The notes below the pieces were generated by a model. The model was not told the DNA's origin and did no database searches. It saw only the letters and a program-made list of their open reading frames with translations. Below are positions 62,290 through 64,000 of a stretch of DNA of 64,000 nucleotides, piece after piece. This DNA comes from Podarcis bocagei (lineage: Eukaryota), in assembly GCA_964188305.1 (NCBI GenBank), contig OZ076885.1. One strand, written 5' to 3'. The translations under genes were made by a program, and so were the position numbers. Numbering within the stretch: the first letter of the stretch is position 1; the number at the start of each line of letters is the position of its first letter.

Positions 62290-62403
62290 GCACAAGAGGT
62301 CATCAGCTTGCTGAAGTTGAGCAGGTGTGGTTTCTGGTCAGTGCTTGGATAGGTGACCGACTGGAAACCATATATACGCATCCTTGGGTTCCATGTTGGA
62401 AGA
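62290..62403 (+). mobile_element. 5S-rRNA-derived SINE (SINE3) head, decayed
   Basis: GAAGTTGAGCAGG...CTGGTCAGTGCTTGGATAGGTGACCGACTGGAAA aligns to the 5S A-box/IE/C-box region, followed by a non-5S tail CCTTGGGTTCCATGTTGGAAGAA. Confidence 0.7.
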
Positions 62404-62684
62404 ATCTTAACAGTATCACAAAAACTTTGTTAGGATCAACTAAAAGTCACAAAACAGCCTGTTAGTTCTGGAGTGTCAAAGGACTACTGCTGAACTGAAG
62501 AATGTGGACCAGTGATTGGTGGTGTTTTCATGGGTGAATCCTTTCCTTTAACAAGTGAGGGCTGGGGGTTGTTTTGCCACCTCTTGAAGCAAGGGTTTGG
62601 TTGTACTTACCTAGGAGTATGTCCCTCCAACTACAAGTGAGTAAACATGCCTAGGATTGCACTGTGAATTGTGGTGTCCTAAGG

Positions 62685-63102
62685 TGTCATGGGCCAGGAG
62701 TCAGCTTCACCTGCTGAACAGCAGCCTGAAGGGGGAGAAGGCAGAGTGACTCCACCTGCAGCTGATCAGCCATCAAGGACACAGAGGAGAAGGTGCTGAT
62801 GAGAAACAGCTGGCTTCAGCCTTCTGAAGCAGAGCTTCCAGCAGCAGTCAGATGCTGTTAAAAATGCTTGCAGTTCCTGGCCCTGCCTTGCTGCCTCCTG
62901 CTTGTCTTAAGCCCATGATCATCAGATTCCTTGACCCCTGGACTGTCTGACCCCACAGATTGCTGTTCACCCGACCCTAGGACTGGACCTGACTTTGGAC
63001 GCTGACTGCCTCCAGGTAAGTACACCTCAGAAACTCTTCTGGTTTGCTGGCCTCCCACTCCACTGAGCTCAGCAAGTTGTTGCTCAGCATGAGACTACAA
63101 CA
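62685..63102 (+). mobile_element. Solo LTR (Gypsy-like), 418 bp
   Basis: TGTCATGG...ACAACA termini; 5-bp TSD TAAGG / CAAGG (one mismatch); same TGTCATGG start as the 28573 LTR. Confidence 0.7.
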
Positions 63103-63189
63103 CAAGGGTGATTTGCCTACTGCCTATTTTGTGTGCTTTATTATGGTCCATATTTCTAAACTAGAGTCCTTAGCTTATGTGCCTTTAGT

Positions 63190-63235
<46 letters not shown>

Positions 63236-64000
63236 TTTATTTATATCCCGCCCTCCCCAGCCAAAGCCGGGCTCAGGGCGGCTAACAACAATCAAATAAT
63301 CAGTCAAATAATCACACAATCTAAAAATATTTCATTATAAAAATTAATTAAATCAAATTGATGGCAACCAATTAAGCAGAATTATGTGCAGGTTGCCAGA
63401 GGAGGGAGTCAGGCTGCGCCCTGACCGAAGGCCTGGCGGAACAACTCTGTCTTGCAGGCCCTGCGGAAAGATGTCAGGTCCCGCAGGGCCCTAGTCTCTT
63501 TTGACAGAGCATTCCACCAGGTTGGAGCCACAGCCGAGAAGGCCCTGGCTCTAGTTGAGGCCAGCCTAACCTCTCTGAGGCCTGGGACCTTGAGGATGTT
63601 ATTATTTGCAGACCGTAGGTTTCTCTGTGGGGCATACCAGGAGAGGCGGTCCCGTAGGTACGAGGGTCCTAGGCCGTATAGGGCTTTAAAGGTTAAAACC
63701 AGCACCTTAAACCTGATCCTGTACTCCACCGGGAGCCAGTGCAGCTGGTATAATACCGGATGAATGTGCTCTCGCAGCGAAGACCCCATAAGGAGTCTCG
63801 CCGCGGCATTCTGCACCCGCTGGAGTTTCTGGGTCAGTCTCAAGGGCAGCCCCACGTAGAGCGAGTTACAATAATCCAGTCTGGAGGTGACCGTCGCATG
63901 GATCACAGTGGCTAGGTCAGGACGAGAGAGATAAGGGGCCAACTGCTTAGCTTGGCGGAGATGAAAAAATGCCGCCTTTGTTATAGCTGTAATCTGCGAC
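63190..64000 (-). mobile_element. Young L2-clade LINE 3' portion with (TTA)n tail, continuing beyond the window
   Basis: Uninterrupted ORF2 C-terminus; 3'UTR with GCCGCCCTGAGCC...GGCGGGATATAAAT; (TAA)n on plus at 63190-63233. Confidence 0.95.
63409..64000 (-). CDS. L2 ORF2 (reverse-transcriptase protein) C-terminal region, partial
   Basis: APYLSRPDLATVIHATVTSRLDYCNSLYVGLP..QRVQNAAARLL..LHWLPVEYRIRFKVL..RAFSAVAPTWWNAL, canonical L2/CR1-group motifs; no stops in the tracked ORF 63409-63942. Confidence 0.85.
   Translation of the reverse strand, partial: SQITAITKAAFFHLRQAKQLAPYLSRPDLATVIHATVTSRLDYCNSLYVGLPLRLTQKLQRVQNAAARLLMGSSLREHIHPVLYQLHWLPVEYRIRFKVLVLTFKALYGLGPSYLRDRLSWYAPQRNLRSANNNILKVPGLREVRLASTRARAFSAVAPTWWNALSKETRALRDLTSFRRACKTELFRQAFGQGAA

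Noticed and set aside
62290-62375. 5S rRNA gene
   Set aside because: Too diverged, 5' end missing, no T-run terminator or tandem array.

Overview
Vertebrate nuclear DNA, almost certainly from a squamate lizard and probably a lacertid (Sauria/Squam1 SINEs, Squam2-like SINEs, Bov-B, and L1/L2/CR1/RTE relics). No host protein-coding gene can be supported. The only convincing protein homologies are retroelement ORF2 fragments: L1 at ~24.6-25.7 kb, Bov-B pieces, RTE at ~37.7 kb and a clean L2 at the right edge. The window reads as a large intron or gene desert with many TE-free blocks rich in transcription-factor motifs (probable conserved non-coding elements). Four N-runs sit inside such unique blocks rather than in repeats. 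Most notable: (1) three short LINE derivatives that keep both ends but lack the RT (two L1-type, ~2.1 and ~1.2 kb; one RTE-type), i.e. candidate non-autonomous retroelement families; (2) young hAT MITEs with 8-bp TSDs carrying CpG-island-like interiors (Pack-TIR-like), and a sister copy with telomere-like TTAGGG units; (3) solo LTRs with 5-bp TSDs and several nested insertions that give a relative TE chronology. Family names come from recognising motifs by eye, not from database searches.
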